Shown here: piece by piece, positions 40,576 to 53,109 of the stretch
Layout of the letters: each line of letters opens with the position of its first letter
How positions within the stretch are numbered: position 1 is the first letter of the stretch
Assembly: GCA_963663225.1 (NCBI GenBank)
Contig: OY760142.1
Location: 512,001 to 576,000 of the forward strand
Length of the DNA stretch: 64,000 nucleotides
Direction: 5' to 3'
Source: Nitrospirota bacterium
Lineage (GTDB): Bacteria > Nitrospirota > UBA9217
The notes under the pieces: generated by a model
Told to the model about the DNA's origin: nothing
What the model saw: the letters and a program-made list of their open reading frames with translations, nothing else
Database searches by the model: none
Program-made: the position numbers and the translations under genes

Positions 40576-41216
40576 TTCAGCACCCCGATGACGTCCCGGG
40601 CCCCTTTGATTCTGTCTCCAAGGGCAACTTTGATTTCTGCGTTTTTCGGGAGGTAAATATCAACCCGCGAGCCGAAGCGGATAAGTCCATAGCGTTCGCC
40701 CGTCTTGATCGCATCCCCGGGCTTTGCATAGCACACAATGCGCCGTGCGATAAGCCCGGCGATCTGTTTCACCAGTATCTTGTGCTTCCCCTGTGCGATG
40801 ATCATTGCAGTCTGCTCATTGTCCAGCGAGGCTTTGTCAACCGAGGCAACGTGAAATTTTCCGGGGTTGTATTGCACAAGCTCGACTGTCCCCGAAATCG
40901 GCGAGCGATTTACATGTACATTGAACACCGAAAGAAAAATGCTGATTTGCTTTACATCCTGCTTGAGGTACGTCGGTTCATAAATATCCTTGATCACGAT
41001 CACTTTTCCGTCCGCAGGAGAAACAATCAGATCAGATCCATCGGGAACGGTCCTTTCCGGATCGCGAAAGAAAAAAACAACAAAGACCGTAAGCACAAGC
41101 ATCACGATCCCGATATTTTTCCAGCCAAAGATAAACAGCAGAATCGTGACGATCGCAAGCGGTATGATAAAAGGCCAACCCTCTGCAGCTATGGGGATGC
41201 CGTAGTTTTTCATCAT
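40572..41216 (-). CDS. psd: Phosphatidylserine decarboxylase
   Basis: 'FFRDPER', 'SPADG', 'NVHVNRSP', 'IRFGSRVD'. Confidence 0.95.
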   Translation of the reverse strand: MMKNYGIPIAAEGWPFIIPLAIVTILLFIFGWKNIGIVMLVLTVFVVFFFRDPERTVPDGSDLIVSPADGKVIVIKDIYEPTYLKQDVKQISIFLSVFNVHVNRSPISGTVELVQYNPGKFHVASVDKASLDNEQTAMIIAQGKHKILVKQIAGLIARRIVCYAKPGDAIKTGERYGLIRFGSRVDIYLPKNAEIKVALGDRIKGARDVIGVLK

Positions 41217-41333
41217 CAAAGGGCCCTTTCGTCGGTGCGCGGGAGAAATGATGCGGCGGCACGGAGAAGCAGTAACGGCATATACGATGCTGACCGCAAC
41301 CGCTTCTCGGGGCCATCTATTGCCCACACCGCG

Positions 41334-42392
<1,059 letters not shown>

Positions 42393-42452
42393 TTATGGAT
42401 TGGCGGATCGTGCACCACGAATGAAAAATCTCATCGTCCGCCCACGAGCGGA

Positions 42453-42926
42453 TCATTCGCGGGTGATCGCCACTTTTCCCGTACGCACAATTTCCTTAAT
42501 CCCGATAGGCTGAAGAAGTTCGATAAATGCGGCGATCTTCTTTTCATCCCCTGTCACCATGAAGGTATAGCTTTTCTGAGAGGAGTCAACCACCCGGCCG
42601 CGGAAAATGTCGGCAATTCTGAGCGCCTCGGCGCGGTGCTCCATCGGAGCATTCACTTTGACAAGGCACATTTCCCGCTCCACATATTCCTTGTCCGCCA
42701 GATCGGTGACCTTGATGACATCGATCAGCTTGTTGAGCTGTTTGATGATTTGCTCATAGATGTACTCATCTCCGGACGTCACAATCGTTATCTGTGAAAT
42801 TCCCGGATCAAGCGTCTGTCCGGAAGAAATGGTCTCTATATTGAACCCTCTTCCGCTGAAGAGCCCCGATATCCGCGTGAGCACCCCGAATTTATTTTCA
42901 ACCAGTATGGATATAATGTGTTTCAT
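42453..42926 (-). CDS. ilvN: Acetolactate synthase small subunit
   Basis: 'LVEN..GVL.RI.GLFS.RGFNI', 'EIVRTG'. Confidence 0.96.
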   Translation of the reverse strand: MKHIISILVENKFGVLTRISGLFSGRGFNIETISSGQTLDPGISQITIVTSGDEYIYEQIIKQLNKLIDVIKVTDLADKEYVEREMCLVKVNAPMEHRAEALRIADIFRGRVVDSSQKSYTFMVTGDEKKIAAFIELLQPIGIKEIVRTGKVAITRE

Positions 42927-42974
42927 CGTCAATCTTTCTTTTGCCGGTTTTTTCATGCACCGGCACCGGAACCG

Positions 42975-44714
42975 CTACTTCACCGCTTTTAACGGCCGTT
43001 CTTCTTTCTTTTTTTCATCGCCGAAGCGCATCTCGTTAATGGCTGCTCCCGGAGGCACGATGGGGAAAACATCTTCATACCGGTCGATCACAAAATCCAT
43101 GAATACCGGGAGCTTGATCTTGAGCGCTTCCTTCAGCACCGGAACAACTTCAGAAGGTTTTTCCGCCCGCAGCCCGACGGCGCCGTATGCCTGCGCCAGC
43201 TTCACGAAGTCCGGTGAATTGCCGAGATCGCTTGAAGAATAATGGCCGGAATAGAACATATCCTGCCATTGGCGCACCATGCCGAGGTATCGGTTGTTCA
43301 GCACGGCTGTTTTCACCTGAATATTGTATTCCACTGCCGTGGCAAGCTCCTGAATGTTCATCTGGACGCTGCCGTCGCCGGTGAGGCAGAATACCGTTTT
43401 GTCCGGATAGGCGACTTTGGCGCCGATTGCCGCCGGAAACCCGAGCCCCATCGTTCCGAGACCGCCGGACGTAATCAGCGTCCTCGGTTTATCGAACTTA
43501 TAGAATTGGGCGGCCCACATCTGGTGCTGACCGACATCGGTCGCAATGATGGCGTCCCCGCCGGTGACTTCGTACAGCTTTTCCACCACGAACTGGGGCT
43601 TGATAATGTCCTCGCGCTGCTCATACGAAAGAGGCCGCTCCGCGCGCCAGGCGTCGATTTGCTTCAGCCAGCTTTTACGGATGGCGTCCCACGGCTCTTT
43701 AGCGGCAAGTATCTCTTTGTTCAGCACCGCCATTACATGCTTGACATCTCCCACGATGGGAACGTCCACCTTCACATTTTTCCTGATCGAGGTCGGATCA
43801 ATGTCAATATGGATTATCTTGGCATTGGGTGCAAATCCCTCCACCCTCCCGGTCACGCGGTCATCGAACCGGGTGCCGATGGCGACAATAAGGTCTGAAT
43901 GATGGATGGCCATATTGGCGTAATAGGTTCCATGCATCCCCAGCATGCCAAGTGAAAGCGGATGCGTGCCGGGAAAACCACCCATCCCCATGAGCGATGT
44001 CGTAACCGGAATTTTCGTGGTTTCCGCGAATTCGATGACGCTTTCGGAGGCATTCGAACTTATGACGCCGCCGCCGGCAAACACCACCGGCCTCCTGGCA
44101 TTGACAATGACCTCAGCTGCCTGCTTAATCTGCCACTTATTGCCGACAATGGTGGGATGATAGCTTCTGATCTCAACGCTGTTCGGGTAAGAAAACTCCG
44201 TTTTATTCGTGACCACGTCTCTCGGAAGATCGATAAGCACCGGCCCCGGCCGTCCTGTCGAGGCAATATAAAACGCCTCTTTTATGGTCTGGGCGAGGTC
44301 CTTCACATCCTTTACCAGAAAGTTGTATTTGGTACAGGCGCGGGTGATACCGATGATGTCCGCTTCTTGAAATGCGTCATTGCCGATAAGCGCTGTGGGA
44401 ACCTGGCCGGTGAACATGACCATGGGAATGGAATCAATATGGGCGGTGGCAAGCCCCGTTACCACATTTGTGGCGCCCGGTCCGGAAGTGACCAGAGCGA
44501 CTCCCACCTTGCCGGTGGAACGCGCATAGCCGTCCGCCATGTGCACCCCGCCCTGTTCATGCCGGGGAAGGACGATGCGCAGGTCCCTCTGGCCGTACAG
44601 CACGTCAAATATCGGAAGAACAACGCCCCCGGGATAGCAAAAGAGCGTGTCCACTTTTTCTTTTTTCAGGCACTCCAGAAAAATTTCGGCGCCTTTTAAT
44701 TGTTTGCCGGACAT
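42975..44714 (-). CDS. ilvB: Acetolactate synthase large subunit
   Basis: 'RHEQG', 'TSGPGATN', 'GDGS.QMNIQEL', 'LGMVRQWQ'. Confidence 0.97.
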   Translation of the reverse strand: MSGKQLKGAEIFLECLKKEKVDTLFCYPGGVVLPIFDVLYGQRDLRIVLPRHEQGGVHMADGYARSTGKVGVALVTSGPGATNVVTGLATAHIDSIPMVMFTGQVPTALIGNDAFQEADIIGITRACTKYNFLVKDVKDLAQTIKEAFYIASTGRPGPVLIDLPRDVVTNKTEFSYPNSVEIRSYHPTIVGNKWQIKQAAEVIVNARRPVVFAGGGVISSNASESVIEFAETTKIPVTTSLMGMGGFPGTHPLSLGMLGMHGTYYANMAIHHSDLIVAIGTRFDDRVTGRVEGFAPNAKIIHIDIDPTSIRKNVKVDVPIVGDVKHVMAVLNKEILAAKEPWDAIRKSWLKQIDAWRAERPLSYEQREDIIKPQFVVEKLYEVTGGDAIIATDVGQHQMWAAQFYKFDKPRTLITSGGLGTMGLGFPAAIGAKVAYPDKTVFCLTGDGSVQMNIQELATAVEYNIQVKTAVLNNRYLGMVRQWQDMFYSGHYSSSDLGNSPDFVKLAQAYGAVGLRAEKPSEVVPVLKEALKIKLPVFMDFVIDRYEDVFPIVPPGAAINEMRFGDEKKKEERPLKAVK

Positions 44715-44813
44715 AGCATTCCTAACTGCTCGGATAATTCTTCTTCTGATCGCCATATCGGTGATCACAGGAAGTATTCTGCATGAAAGAATAGATGTGT
44801 GAAAATTGTTTTC

Positions 44814-46463
44814 TTACTTCAGCACAGCTCCGGTATTGGCGGATGTAACCAGCTTTGCATACCGGGAAAGCCAGCCGCTTTTTATTTTCGGCTCACGGGG
44901 TTTCCATGTCGCCAACCGTTTTTTCATTTCCTCGTCGGAAATTTTCAATTCCAGTCTGCGGTTGTGAACATCGAGAACTATTTTGTCTCCATCCTGCACA
45001 AGAGCGATGGGCCCGCCCTCGGCCGCCTCCGGAGAAATGTGCCCGATGCACGGTCCGCGCGTCCCTCCTGAGAACCTGCCGTCGGTCAAAAGCGCGACGG
45101 ATTCGCTCAACCCCATGCCGGTGATGGCGGAGGTGGGCGAAAGCATCTCGCGCATGCCCGGCCCCCCTTTTGGCCCTTCATACCGGATCACGACAACATG
45201 CCCCGGTTTGATCTTGCCGGCAAGAATGGCGGCCATGGCATCATCTTCCGCATCGAACACAACCGCCGTGCCTTCAAAGTAGGCCATCTTCTCGCTCATG
45301 GCGGTCTGTTTCACGACCGATCCATTCGGTGCAAGATTGCCGGTGAGTACGGCAATGCCGCCTTCTTTATGGTAAGCCTTGTCAAGCGGACGGATAACAT
45401 CGTCATTTCTTACCTTGCCCGCTTTTGCGATCTCAAGAATCGATTTTCCGCTCACAGTCGGCGAATCCTTGAGCACGGACGCAAACCGTGAGAGCACTGC
45501 CGGAATACCGCCCGCGGCGTCAAGATCCTCAAGATAATGGCGCCCTCCCGGAATCATGCTGCACACATGAGGCGTCTGGCGGCTGATGCCGTCGAACGTC
45601 TCCAGCGAGAGCTCTATTCCGGCATCATGCGCGATGGCGGGAATATGCAGCGTCGTGTTCGTCGACCCGCCCAGCGCCATATCAATGCGGATGGCATTCT
45701 CAAATGCGTTTTTTGTCATGATTGAACGGGGGGTGACCCCTTCCCGCACGAGCGAAACAACCCGTTTGCCGCTTTCGAAGGCGATCCGCCGCTTTTCGGA
45801 GGACACGGCCAGGGCTGTTGCTGAACCCGCCAGGCTCATGCCGAGCGTTTCGGTAACGCACGCCATGGTATTGGCCGTATACATCCCCTGGCACGATCCG
45901 GAGCCCGGGCAGACGCAGGTCTCGAGTTCAGCAAGATCCGCTTCGGACATTTCTCCGCTCTGCACTTTGCCAACAGCCTCGAAAGCGCTGATGAGATGCA
46001 CCCGTTCACCGCGATAATTGCCTGCAAGCATGGGTCCGGCGGTGACAACAACGGTCGGAATGTTGATTCTGGCCGCCGCCATAAGCATGCCGGGCGTGAT
46101 TTTATCGCAGTTCGTGAGCAGTATAAGGCCGTCAAAAGCATGCCCCAGCGCAACGGACTCTATCATATCGGCAATCAGTTCACGCGATGCCAGAGAATAA
46201 TGCATGCCGACATGCCCCATCACAATGCCGTCGCAGACACCGGGGATGCCGAAGAAAAACGGCCAGCCCCCTCCTGCATGCACGCCTTTTTCTATAAATC
46301 GCTCCAGGTCGCGCATCGTGTTGTGTCCGGGAATAAGATCGGTGAAACTTGTAGCAACACCGATCATGGGTTTATCAAGCTCGTCCCGGGTCATGCCCGA
46401 GGAAAGCAGGAGTGCCCTGTGCGGCGCGCGTTCCACGCCTTTTTTAATCCGATCGCTCTTCAT
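44814..46463 (-). CDS. ilvD: Dihydroxy-acid dehydratase
   Basis: 'CDKITPG', 'GGSTN', '[11 protein letters not shown]', 'TDGRFSG'. Confidence 0.98.
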   Translation of the reverse strand: MKSDRIKKGVERAPHRALLLSSGMTRDELDKPMIGVATSFTDLIPGHNTMRDLERFIEKGVHAGGGWPFFFGIPGVCDGIVMGHVGMHYSLASRELIADMIESVALGHAFDGLILLTNCDKITPGMLMAAARINIPTVVVTAGPMLAGNYRGERVHLISAFEAVGKVQSGEMSEADLAELETCVCPGSGSCQGMYTANTMACVTETLGMSLAGSATALAVSSEKRRIAFESGKRVVSLVREGVTPRSIMTKNAFENAIRIDMALGGSTNTTLHIPAIAHDAGIELSLETFDGISRQTPHVCSMIPGGRHYLEDLDAAGGIPAVLSRFASVLKDSPTVSGKSILEIAKAGKVRNDDVIRPLDKAYHKEGGIAVLTGNLAPNGSVVKQTAMSEKMAYFEGTAVVFDAEDDAMAAILAGKIKPGHVVVIRYEGPKGGPGMREMLSPTSAITGMGLSESVALLTDGRFSGGTRGPCIGHISPEAAEGGPIALVQDGDKIVLDVHNRRLELKISDEEMKKRLATWKPREPKIKSGWLSRYAKLVTSANTGAVLK

Positions 46464-46639
46464 GAAACCAGTTCCTCCTCATAGAACACTAAAAAACCGT
46501 GCCGCAGTGCAAAAAAGCGGCGTGAACCGCTCCGGCAGATTTTCAAGTATCTGCGATAGAGCGTCACAAAATGTTTCAGAATGGCCTGTACACGGCTGAT
46601 TATCATTATTTTTAACATAGATACTGGAATCGAGTCAAT

Positions 46640-46680
46640 AAAAAAATCCCTCTTTACTCTTCATGGTAAAGAGGGATTTT
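46640..46680 (-). terminator. Rho-independent terminator
   Basis: AAATCCCTCTTTAC-N8-GTAAAGAGGGATTT with a minus-strand T tail. Confidence 0.75.
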
Positions 46681-46740
46681 GCATTTCACCATGCAATAAA
46701 ATACAAAAGGCAAGGTCTGGTTCACCCTGCCGTCACGTTA

Positions 46741-46977
46741 TCAGGCTTGTCCTGTCTTGGAGCGCCTGATTATATCCATCATTCTGTCTTTCGCGGCCAG
46801 CTTCAGTTTCTGGACCCGTTTTCTTTCCAACTCTTCCTCAGGAGTGAGGTAGCGGTGAGTCTCAAAGGTCAACAGGGTATTTTCAAGCTGAGTATGCTCT
46901 TTCTCCCACTTTTGATACTCCTGGTTCTCCATCCTGAGCCTTGCTACAAGTGCCTCTTCAACTGCCTCCACATTCAT
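46741..46977 (-). CDS. DUF465/YdcH family protein
   Basis: 'EH..LE...LTPEEE...KLKL..KD'. Confidence 0.85.
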   Translation of the reverse strand: MNVEAVEEALVARLRMENQEYQKWEKEHTQLENTLLTFETHRYLTPEEELERKRVQKLKLAAKDRMMDIIRRSKTGQA

Positions 46978-47248
46978 AATTCAGCCCTCCTTTAGGGTTT
47001 GATCTCGATGAGAAGGTTTAGAAAAAAGCAGCTCTGTTCCGTTATATTAATAATTAAAATTAGGTTAACACATTCCTCCAAAAAAGGCAAGAGAGAATAA
47101 ATCTTATTAATCAAATAGTTATTTGAGTTTTCCTATCGGTAAGTTCATAGGTCCATCGTGCCGACAAAAGAAGAGAACCGGCTTATATTCTGGAGCAGCG
47201 CGCCCTGCTACCGCCTCGATATGCCGTCTACAAAAAAATATCCCTGTT

Positions 47249-47743
47249 TCATTCGTTCGCAACACTCTGTATGAAGGCCCCCTGCCCAAGCGTCATGATT
47301 ACAGCGTCCTCCATTGGATTATCGTAATATTCTCTCCGTAATGAAGTGCCGGCAAAGCCGAGGTTGGAGTAGAGCTTCTGGGCCGCGGTATTTGAAAACC
47401 TAACTTCAAGAAAAGCGCGCCGGGCGCCTTTTTGAAAGGCATGTTTGAGCCCTGCAAGCACCATTTTCCTGGCAATCCTGCTCCTTCTGAATCCCGGTGC
47501 GACAGCAAGATTCAGGATATGCATTTCATCCTGCACAAGCCAGAATACCAGATAGCCCACCACGGTCCGTTCCGGTCCGTCTGCAAGCGCCACCATCAGC
47601 GTGGAAACATCGGGGCTCCTGAACTCGGAGAGAAAAAGGTTTTTTGACCAGGGCATGCTGAATGAGGCATGTTCAATGGCAAGAACCTGGTCAACATCCT
47701 CCTTCCGCATAAAGGTCACCGTAATGTTTGTTTTTTTTCCCAT
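47249..47743 (-). CDS. rimI: Ribosomal protein S18-alanine N-acetyltransferase
   Basis: 'IE..SF..PWS', 'HILNLAV', 'LEVR.SN..A..LY', 'EDA..M'. Confidence 0.93.
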   Translation of the reverse strand: MGKKTNITVTFMRKEDVDQVLAIEHASFSMPWSKNLFLSEFRSPDVSTLMVALADGPERTVVGYLVFWLVQDEMHILNLAVAPGFRRSRIARKMVLAGLKHAFQKGARRAFLEVRFSNTAAQKLYSNLGFAGTSLRREYYDNPMEDAVIMTLGQGAFIQSVANE

Positions 47744-48414
47744 GCTACTTCCGCCTCGGGCCTGCGTATATACATCGGGATCAGGCTGTCCGGATCGACT
47801 TGTTCGCCGTTTTTAATCATGTTCATGCCGATTTCAGCCACCGAAGCGGCAGAGGGAATTAGTGCGGAGAGCGGCGCGAATAATGCTGCATCGCCGAACG
47901 TCTGCTGTATCTCTTTTCGAAAAAGACAGGACGCTTCCCCGGTAAATATCGTCCTGCCGTTGAGCTGCTCTGCAAGCCGGGAAAACGGCACCACCCTTTC
48001 GGACAGCACCTGTTTGAGCGCAGATCCGTCAAAAGCATAGAGAGCGGCATAGACTTCATGCTTGCGGGCATCAAGCAGCGGACAGACGGGGTATGCCGCA
48101 TGCGGAAGGTTCCATGCAAGCGCTTTCAGCGTGGGCACGGCAGCCACGGGTTTGCCGGTTGCGAACGCAAGCCCTTTGACCGTGGAAATACCTATCCGGA
48201 GGCCGGTGAACGACCCCGGGCCGATTGCAACCGCAAAGCCATCGAACTGGGATATGTTCATACGGGTGTCGCCCAACACACGATCCACGGTTGCCATCAG
48301 CCGCTCGGAGTGCGTCACTTCGATGTTTAACGTATATTGCGCGACAACACCCTGTTCGGAAACAACGGCAACACCGCCCGTCTTGGTTGATGTTTCGATG
48401 CCGAGGATATTCAT
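47716..48414 (-). CDS. tsaB: tRNA t6A biosynthesis protein TsaB
   Basis: 'ILGIETS', '[11 protein letters not shown]', 'DARK.EVY', 'P.YIR'. Confidence 0.96.
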   Translation of the reverse strand: MNILGIETSTKTGGVAVVSEQGVVAQYTLNIEVTHSERLMATVDRVLGDTRMNISQFDGFAVAIGPGSFTGLRIGISTVKGLAFATGKPVAAVPTLKALAWNLPHAAYPVCPLLDARKHEVYAALYAFDGSALKQVLSERVVPFSRLAEQLNGRTIFTGEASCLFRKEIQQTFGDAALFAPLSALIPSAASVAEIGMNMIKNGEQVDPDSLIPMYIRRPEAEVAWEKKQTLR

Positions 48415-48492
48415 GCCCGTACCTTACCTCAAAAGCCGCTTCCTGTCAAAATCAAAACCGCATGCCTTCCGATGCCGCACTGAAGGCCGATT

Positions 48493-49401
48493 TCACTGTA
48501 AATATTTGTCGAAAAAATCTCCGACTCTTTTTTCATATTCAACAGTTCCTGCTGCCGACAGCGTAGCGCCATGGTCGGCGCCTGGAACGAGCCAATACTC
48601 CTTCGGTTCACGCGCGGCTGCATACAATTTCCTGCCGTTATCCGCTGGAATAAGCGTATCCTTCTCTCCTGCTATGATGAACACGGGCGCCGGGGCGATC
48701 TCCGTTATCACGCTCACGGGTGAAATCTGATCGATGCGCACCTGAAAATACACTTCATAGCCGAAAACAGCGAGATACAAAAATGGGAACGCAGGCAGGC
48801 GGTAAAAACCGTTGATGGCGTCCCGCGCCTGGTCGCGCAGGCTTGTAAATGCGCTGTCCGCTATGAGTGCGGAGAATGCCCTGGTCTTTGCCGCGGCCAG
48901 TATTGCCGAAGAAGCACCCATGGAAAAACCGTATATGCCGATGCGGTTTGCATTGATTTCCTGCCTGGTTTTGAGGAAAGCAAGTGCTGCGGTGATATCC
49001 TGCTGTTCATGATAACCGAGCGAACTCCGGCTGCCGCCGCTCTCACCGTGTGCGCGAAAGTCAAACAGGAGCACAGCATATCCGCGCCGGGAAAGGGCTG
49101 CCGCGAGTTCGGTAAAATCAGATTTGTTCGCTCCCACGCCGTGGCAGATAATGATTGCCGGAAAACGTGCGGCCGGTCGCGGCGGTTTGACCAGCCAGCC
49201 CCGCAACAGGATCCCGTCCTCGGACGAAAAGGACACGGTCTCGTAGTCAGCATGATATTCCGAGGGGGGAATGAACAGGGGATATTTCGGCGGATGGGTG
49301 TTGGTATAGACCAGGACAAGGGAGAAAACAACACTCAGCAGGATAATTCCAATAATAATGTTCAGTGCCGTTTTCATGAGGATGAGGTACCGTCGAGACA
49401 C
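48493..49401 (-). CDS. Membrane-anchored alpha/beta hydrolase
   Basis: 'HG', 'FDFRAHGES', nucleophile 'GFSMG', 'GADH'. Confidence 0.9.
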   Translation of the reverse strand: MSRRYLILMKTALNIIIGIILLSVVFSLVLVYTNTHPPKYPLFIPPSEYHADYETVSFSSEDGILLRGWLVKPPRPAARFPAIIICHGVGANKSDFTELAAALSRRGYAVLLFDFRAHGESGGSRSSLGYHEQQDITAALAFLKTRQEINANRIGIYGFSMGASSAILAAAKTRAFSALIADSAFTSLRDQARDAINGFYRLPAFPFLYLAVFGYEVYFQVRIDQISPVSVITEIAPAPVFIIAGEKDTLIPADNGRKLYAAAREPKEYWLVPGADHGATLSAAGTVEYEKRVGDFFDKYLQ

Positions 49402-49597
49402 CGAGGAACGGCCCTCCCCACAGGCTGATTCAACGGGCCGTACGGTATGACCGGTTCATATGTGCACTGCTGCCATGTTTTGCCGCGTGTTCTGGTTCAT
49501 GGTCATGGAAATCAAACCGGTTCGGACATTCGGATCCCCTTCTCGTCAGTCATTATGCTGTGCTGACAGATTCCGGAAAAACCTGATGGATGCCCGC

Positions 49598-50317
49598 TTA
49601 ATCCCAGTTCAGGTAGAAGCCATTTGTCTTCTTCATCCACTCGGCAAGCTTTTCCACCGTCCTCGTGTCGTGTGCCAGGACGTCCGGTGCAAATTCCCCG
49701 ACCTTTTTTGCAAATGCGGACATATCCTTTGGACGATTAATAAACCTCGCCTCGACCCAGTCGGAACCTGCGCCTGTTATAGAAAATGAAGCTTCCTTTT
49801 GCTGCATCTTCAGCCAGGCAATGATCGTCTTCGTATCGAGACGGTGCCCCACGCTTTCCGTTCCCTGGATTTTTAAAATATCATAGGAATTGCTGCCTCT
49901 GACGACGCTCACAATATCCGGGAGTGAACCATATCCCTTTTGACTCTTGAAAATAAGATACCCTTTTGCCCGCAGGGGGGAGCGAAGTGAATCGATAAGG
50001 TCGCCGGAGCCTGTTGTCCTGACGCTGAAGCCTGCCAGCTTTTTGCCCTCCAGCCCTGTCCCGCCTTTTAGATTTTCGGACTGCAGCGCCACGGTCGAGA
50101 AAAAAGGCTCCGCCCGGACGCCGGCCGCGCGTTCGACACTTTCGATGATATCAGCGGAAAAGTTAAGTTCGCGGCGCTGTTCAGAACTCAGCAAAAGCGG
50201 CTTCGGTTTCAGAATCACGGCAGGCGCGGGTTTCTGCTGCTCCACCGGCTTATCGGCCTTGCATGAACTGACAAGCACAAGCATCGCGAACCCGAAGAAC
50301 AACAGCCTATAGGTCAT
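49598..50317 (-). CDS. DUF4253-domain lipoprotein
   Basis: Lipobox-like 'LVSSC'; C-terminal 'FAPDV...FYLNWD'. Confidence 0.7.
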   Translation of the reverse strand: MTYRLLFFGFAMLVLVSSCKADKPVEQQKPAPAVILKPKPLLLSSEQRRELNFSADIIESVERAAGVRAEPFFSTVALQSENLKGGTGLEGKKLAGFSVRTTGSGDLIDSLRSPLRAKGYLIFKSQKGYGSLPDIVSVVRGSNSYDILKIQGTESVGHRLDTKTIIAWLKMQQKEASFSITGAGSDWVEARFINRPKDMSAFAKKVGEFAPDVLAHDTRTVEKLAEWMKKTNGFYLNWD

Positions 50318-50591
50318 AGCGGATATCAAAATGGTGATGCTCTCCTTGTGATTGTCTCCGGTTGATTTCGACCGAGGTCACGTGCGCACCGCGCGGCCCC
50401 GTCCGGCACCACGCAATGGCTTCTTCTACTTTTTTCTCTTCTCCCTCGAAAAACGCCTCTACAGTGCCGTCCGGAAGATTTCGCACCCATCCACCGAGGC
50501 CAAGCCGTTCTGCCTGGTAGCGCGTGCTCGCCCGGAAAGCGACGCCCTGAACAAAACCATGAATAATAACCTGCGCACAAAGATATTTCAT
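50307..50591 (-). CDS. acyP: Acylphosphatase
   Basis: 'G.VQGVAFR', 'GWVRNLPDG.VEA'. Confidence 0.95.
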   Translation of the reverse strand: MKYLCAQVIIHGFVQGVAFRASTRYQAERLGLGGWVRNLPDGTVEAFFEGEEKKVEEAIAWCRTGPRGAHVTSVEINRRQSQGEHHHFDIRYDL

Positions 50592-50620
50592 GCCGTCAAA
50601 CGTCTTTTTGAACCAGCCCT

Positions 50621-51691
50621 CTATCGCGTGGTAACGCCTTTGCCTGCCGTCCTTCGCCGCCCTTTATTGGAAAAGCTTCGCTTTGCACGGGACTCCGTTC
50701 CTCTGCTGCCTGCATCTCTTCGCGTGCTGGTGCTCTGAATCATTCCTTCTCCAGGCTTTCCCGCCCGCCCCGGCGCTTTATGCATTCCCTGTTTTCCAGG
50801 CTTTCCAAATCCGTACCCTTTTCGTTCTTCTTCCCACTTTGCCGTGGTGCGGCCCGGCCTCAGGTCCGGTGTCCTGCCTTTATGTGCTTTTTTCCGGTCC
50901 GGAATTTTTGTCTCCGTTTTATGATAGCCGGGCTGCACAGAGGGCCGGGGCCGTTCTCTTCCGGTGTCAGCTTTGCCTGACAGGTCTTTCAGTGCGCTGA
51001 CCTCGTCCGTCGTCAGATGGCGATATGAGCCTTCCTGCAGATCACCGAGCGTAAGCGTTCCCGTTCGGACCCGTTTAAGCTTTATCACCGAGTGGCCGAC
51101 ACGATCGAACATGCGCCTGACCTGCCGCTTTCTGCCTTCGTGAATAGTGATCTCCAGCCACGAGTTTGCCTCTTCCTTTCTGATCTTTTTGATTTTCGCA
51201 GGAGCGGTTTTGCCGTCATCAAGATAGATGCCCTGCTCAAGTTCATTCAAGGCCTTTTCATCAACCACGCCTTTTACCTTCGCCAGATAGGTTTTTGGAA
51301 ACTCATGCTTCGGATGCGTGATCAAGTGCGCGAAGTCTCCGTCGTTCGTCATGAGCAAAAGTCCCTCGGTATTGTAATCAAGCCGCCCGACGGGGTACAC
51401 CCTGACTTTTACGCCCTGCAGGAGGTCTTGCACGGTGGGACGCCCTTCAGGGTCCGACATGGTCGTCATAAAACCAGCCGGTTTGTTCAGCATAATATAG
51501 GTCAGCGGCTGTCTGGGGTTGATCAGTTTGCCGTCCACCTTGATATGGTCTTTTGACGCATCAGCCTTCGTGCCGAGCTCGGTCACGAGCTTGCCGTTCA
51601 CCTTCACCCTGCCCTCTGCGATAAGTTCCTCAGCGGCCCGGCGCGACGTTATTCCCGCGGCAGATATGATTTTCTGAAGTCGTTCAAGCAT
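50621..51691 (-). CDS. rluB: S4-domain rRNA pseudouridine synthase with basic disordered tail
   Basis: 'ERLQK...SRR.AE', 'VGRLDYNTEGLLL', 'EGRKRQVRRM'. Confidence 0.92.
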   Translation of the reverse strand: MLERLQKIISAAGITSRRAAEELIAEGRVKVNGKLVTELGTKADASKDHIKVDGKLINPRQPLTYIMLNKPAGFMTTMSDPEGRPTVQDLLQGVKVRVYPVGRLDYNTEGLLLMTNDGDFAHLITHPKHEFPKTYLAKVKGVVDEKALNELEQGIYLDDGKTAPAKIKKIRKEEANSWLEITIHEGRKRQVRRMFDRVGHSVIKLKRVRTGTLTLGDLQEGSYRHLTTDEVSALKDLSGKADTGRERPRPSVQPGYHKTETKIPDRKKAHKGRTPDLRPGRTTAKWEEERKGYGFGKPGKQGMHKAPGRAGKPGEGMIQSTSTRRDAGSRGTESRAKRSFSNKGRRRTAGKGVTTR

Positions 51692-51916
51692 AATGCCCTC
51701 TTCTATATAAAAGTATTCATTCACTTTGCTGCTGCCCGGCGCGCGAACACACCGTAGTGTTTATTATACCTGCAATCCAGGCGAAACACAATATTGCGCG
51801 ATCAGCGATGAACCTTTGAGAATATTGTACGCCATTGCCGTTTGCCATCTCAGCGGCTATAATCATCTTGTGGATGTCGGCGGGGAGCGAAACCATCACA
51901 CTGCCCGGCGAAAATC

Positions 51917-52363
51917 ATGCGACTCTGGACAATACACCCGAAATATCTGGACACAAAAGGATTGGTGGCTCTCTGGCGTGAAGCGCTCCTGGCACAGAAG
52001 GTCCTGAAAGGAGAAACGCGGGGGTACCGCCATCATCCGCAGCTCCTCCGTTTTCAACAGCAGACGGACCCCGTCGCCGCAATCGCGCACTACCTGCAGG
52101 TTGTGTATGATGAATCACTGCGGCGGAGCTACAGCTTTCAGCGGAAAAAAATCGGCCGCAAAAGAAAATGCGCTGCGATACCGGAGACACGCGGCCAGCT
52201 AGCGTATGAATGGAGGCATCTTAAAAAAAAGCTGCGGGTGCGGGACAAGACACAGTACCGGGCAATACTGCGCATCCGCGAACCGGAGGCCCATCCCCTG
52301 TTCGCAATAAAAGACGGGGGGGTAGCCCCCTGGGAAAGGAGGAAACTCCCTGTCAGAAAATAA
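51917..52363 (+). CDS. Pyrimidine-dimer DNA glycosylase/endonuclease V-like protein
   Basis: 'MRLWTIHPKYLD.KGLVALWREALLAQKVL...GY..HPQL.RF'. Confidence 0.85.
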   Translation: MRLWTIHPKYLDTKGLVALWREALLAQKVLKGETRGYRHHPQLLRFQQQTDPVAAIAHYLQVVYDESLRRSYSFQRKKIGRKRKCAAIPETRGQLAYEWRHLKKKLRVRDKTQYRAILRIREPEAHPLFAIKDGGVAPWERRKLPVRK

Positions 52364-52418
52364 TCCGCATATCCTGAGCACACATGAGCTTTTGTGTCAG
52401 TATATGTGCCCCGCGTGG

Positions 52419-52895
52419 TTATTCCGTTTTTGGCGCATCGGCCGTACTCATAATTTCTCTCAGCTTCTTTCGGAAAAGCGCTGTCGCGTAAACCAAAAAC
52501 ATCGCTTTAGAGAGAAACATGCTTATGATTCCGAGAATTACCGCAATATACCATTGGAACCCGAAATGCCAGGCCAGAACAGTCACGGTCAGGCCCAAAA
52601 GACGCGTAATTCTGAAATTGGCCCGGGTGATCATAAAGGAATCAGCATGGTTCAGTCCATGCGGTACGATAACTGCGTCCGTTGATGAAGGGGCTTTATC
52701 CTGCGGCAATTCTATCTTGGGAGGTTCCGCCTTCAATGCTTTTGATACAAGCATCAACAGGAACCACATAATCATCAAAAAACAACCGATGTCCCAATTC
52801 CCGTACACGAAATACAATACAGCCAGCACAAGGTGAAGAATCCAGATAGGTTTCACAATGCGCTGATCATATAACTGCACATACACGCTTGCCAT
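52419..52895 (-). CDS. Hypothetical four-TM membrane protein
   Basis: Hydrophobic segments; RBS GAGGT upstream of ATG 52895. Confidence 0.6.
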   Translation of the reverse strand: MASVYVQLYDQRIVKPIWILHLVLAVLYFVYGNWDIGCFLMIMWFLLMLVSKALKAEPPKIELPQDKAPSSTDAVIVPHGLNHADSFMITRANFRITRLLGLTVTVLAWHFGFQWYIAVILGIISMFLSKAMFLVYATALFRKKLREIMSTADAPKTE

Positions 52896-53109
52896 ACTAC
52901 CTCGCCTCCGATCATGCAATGTCTGCTCAAAGTTTCCCACCGTAAACACAAGACTCTAGTCTACCCACTGTAATGCTTCCTGTCAATACAGATGTTTACA
53001 ACGATACGCCGTGTGCAGGCTGACTGGTGCCGCTCTTGAAGGCATGGGGAGTGCAGTCAAAAATATTCTACCGCAGGGTTTGACAGGAGAATCCGGCCGC
53101 CGAAGACTG

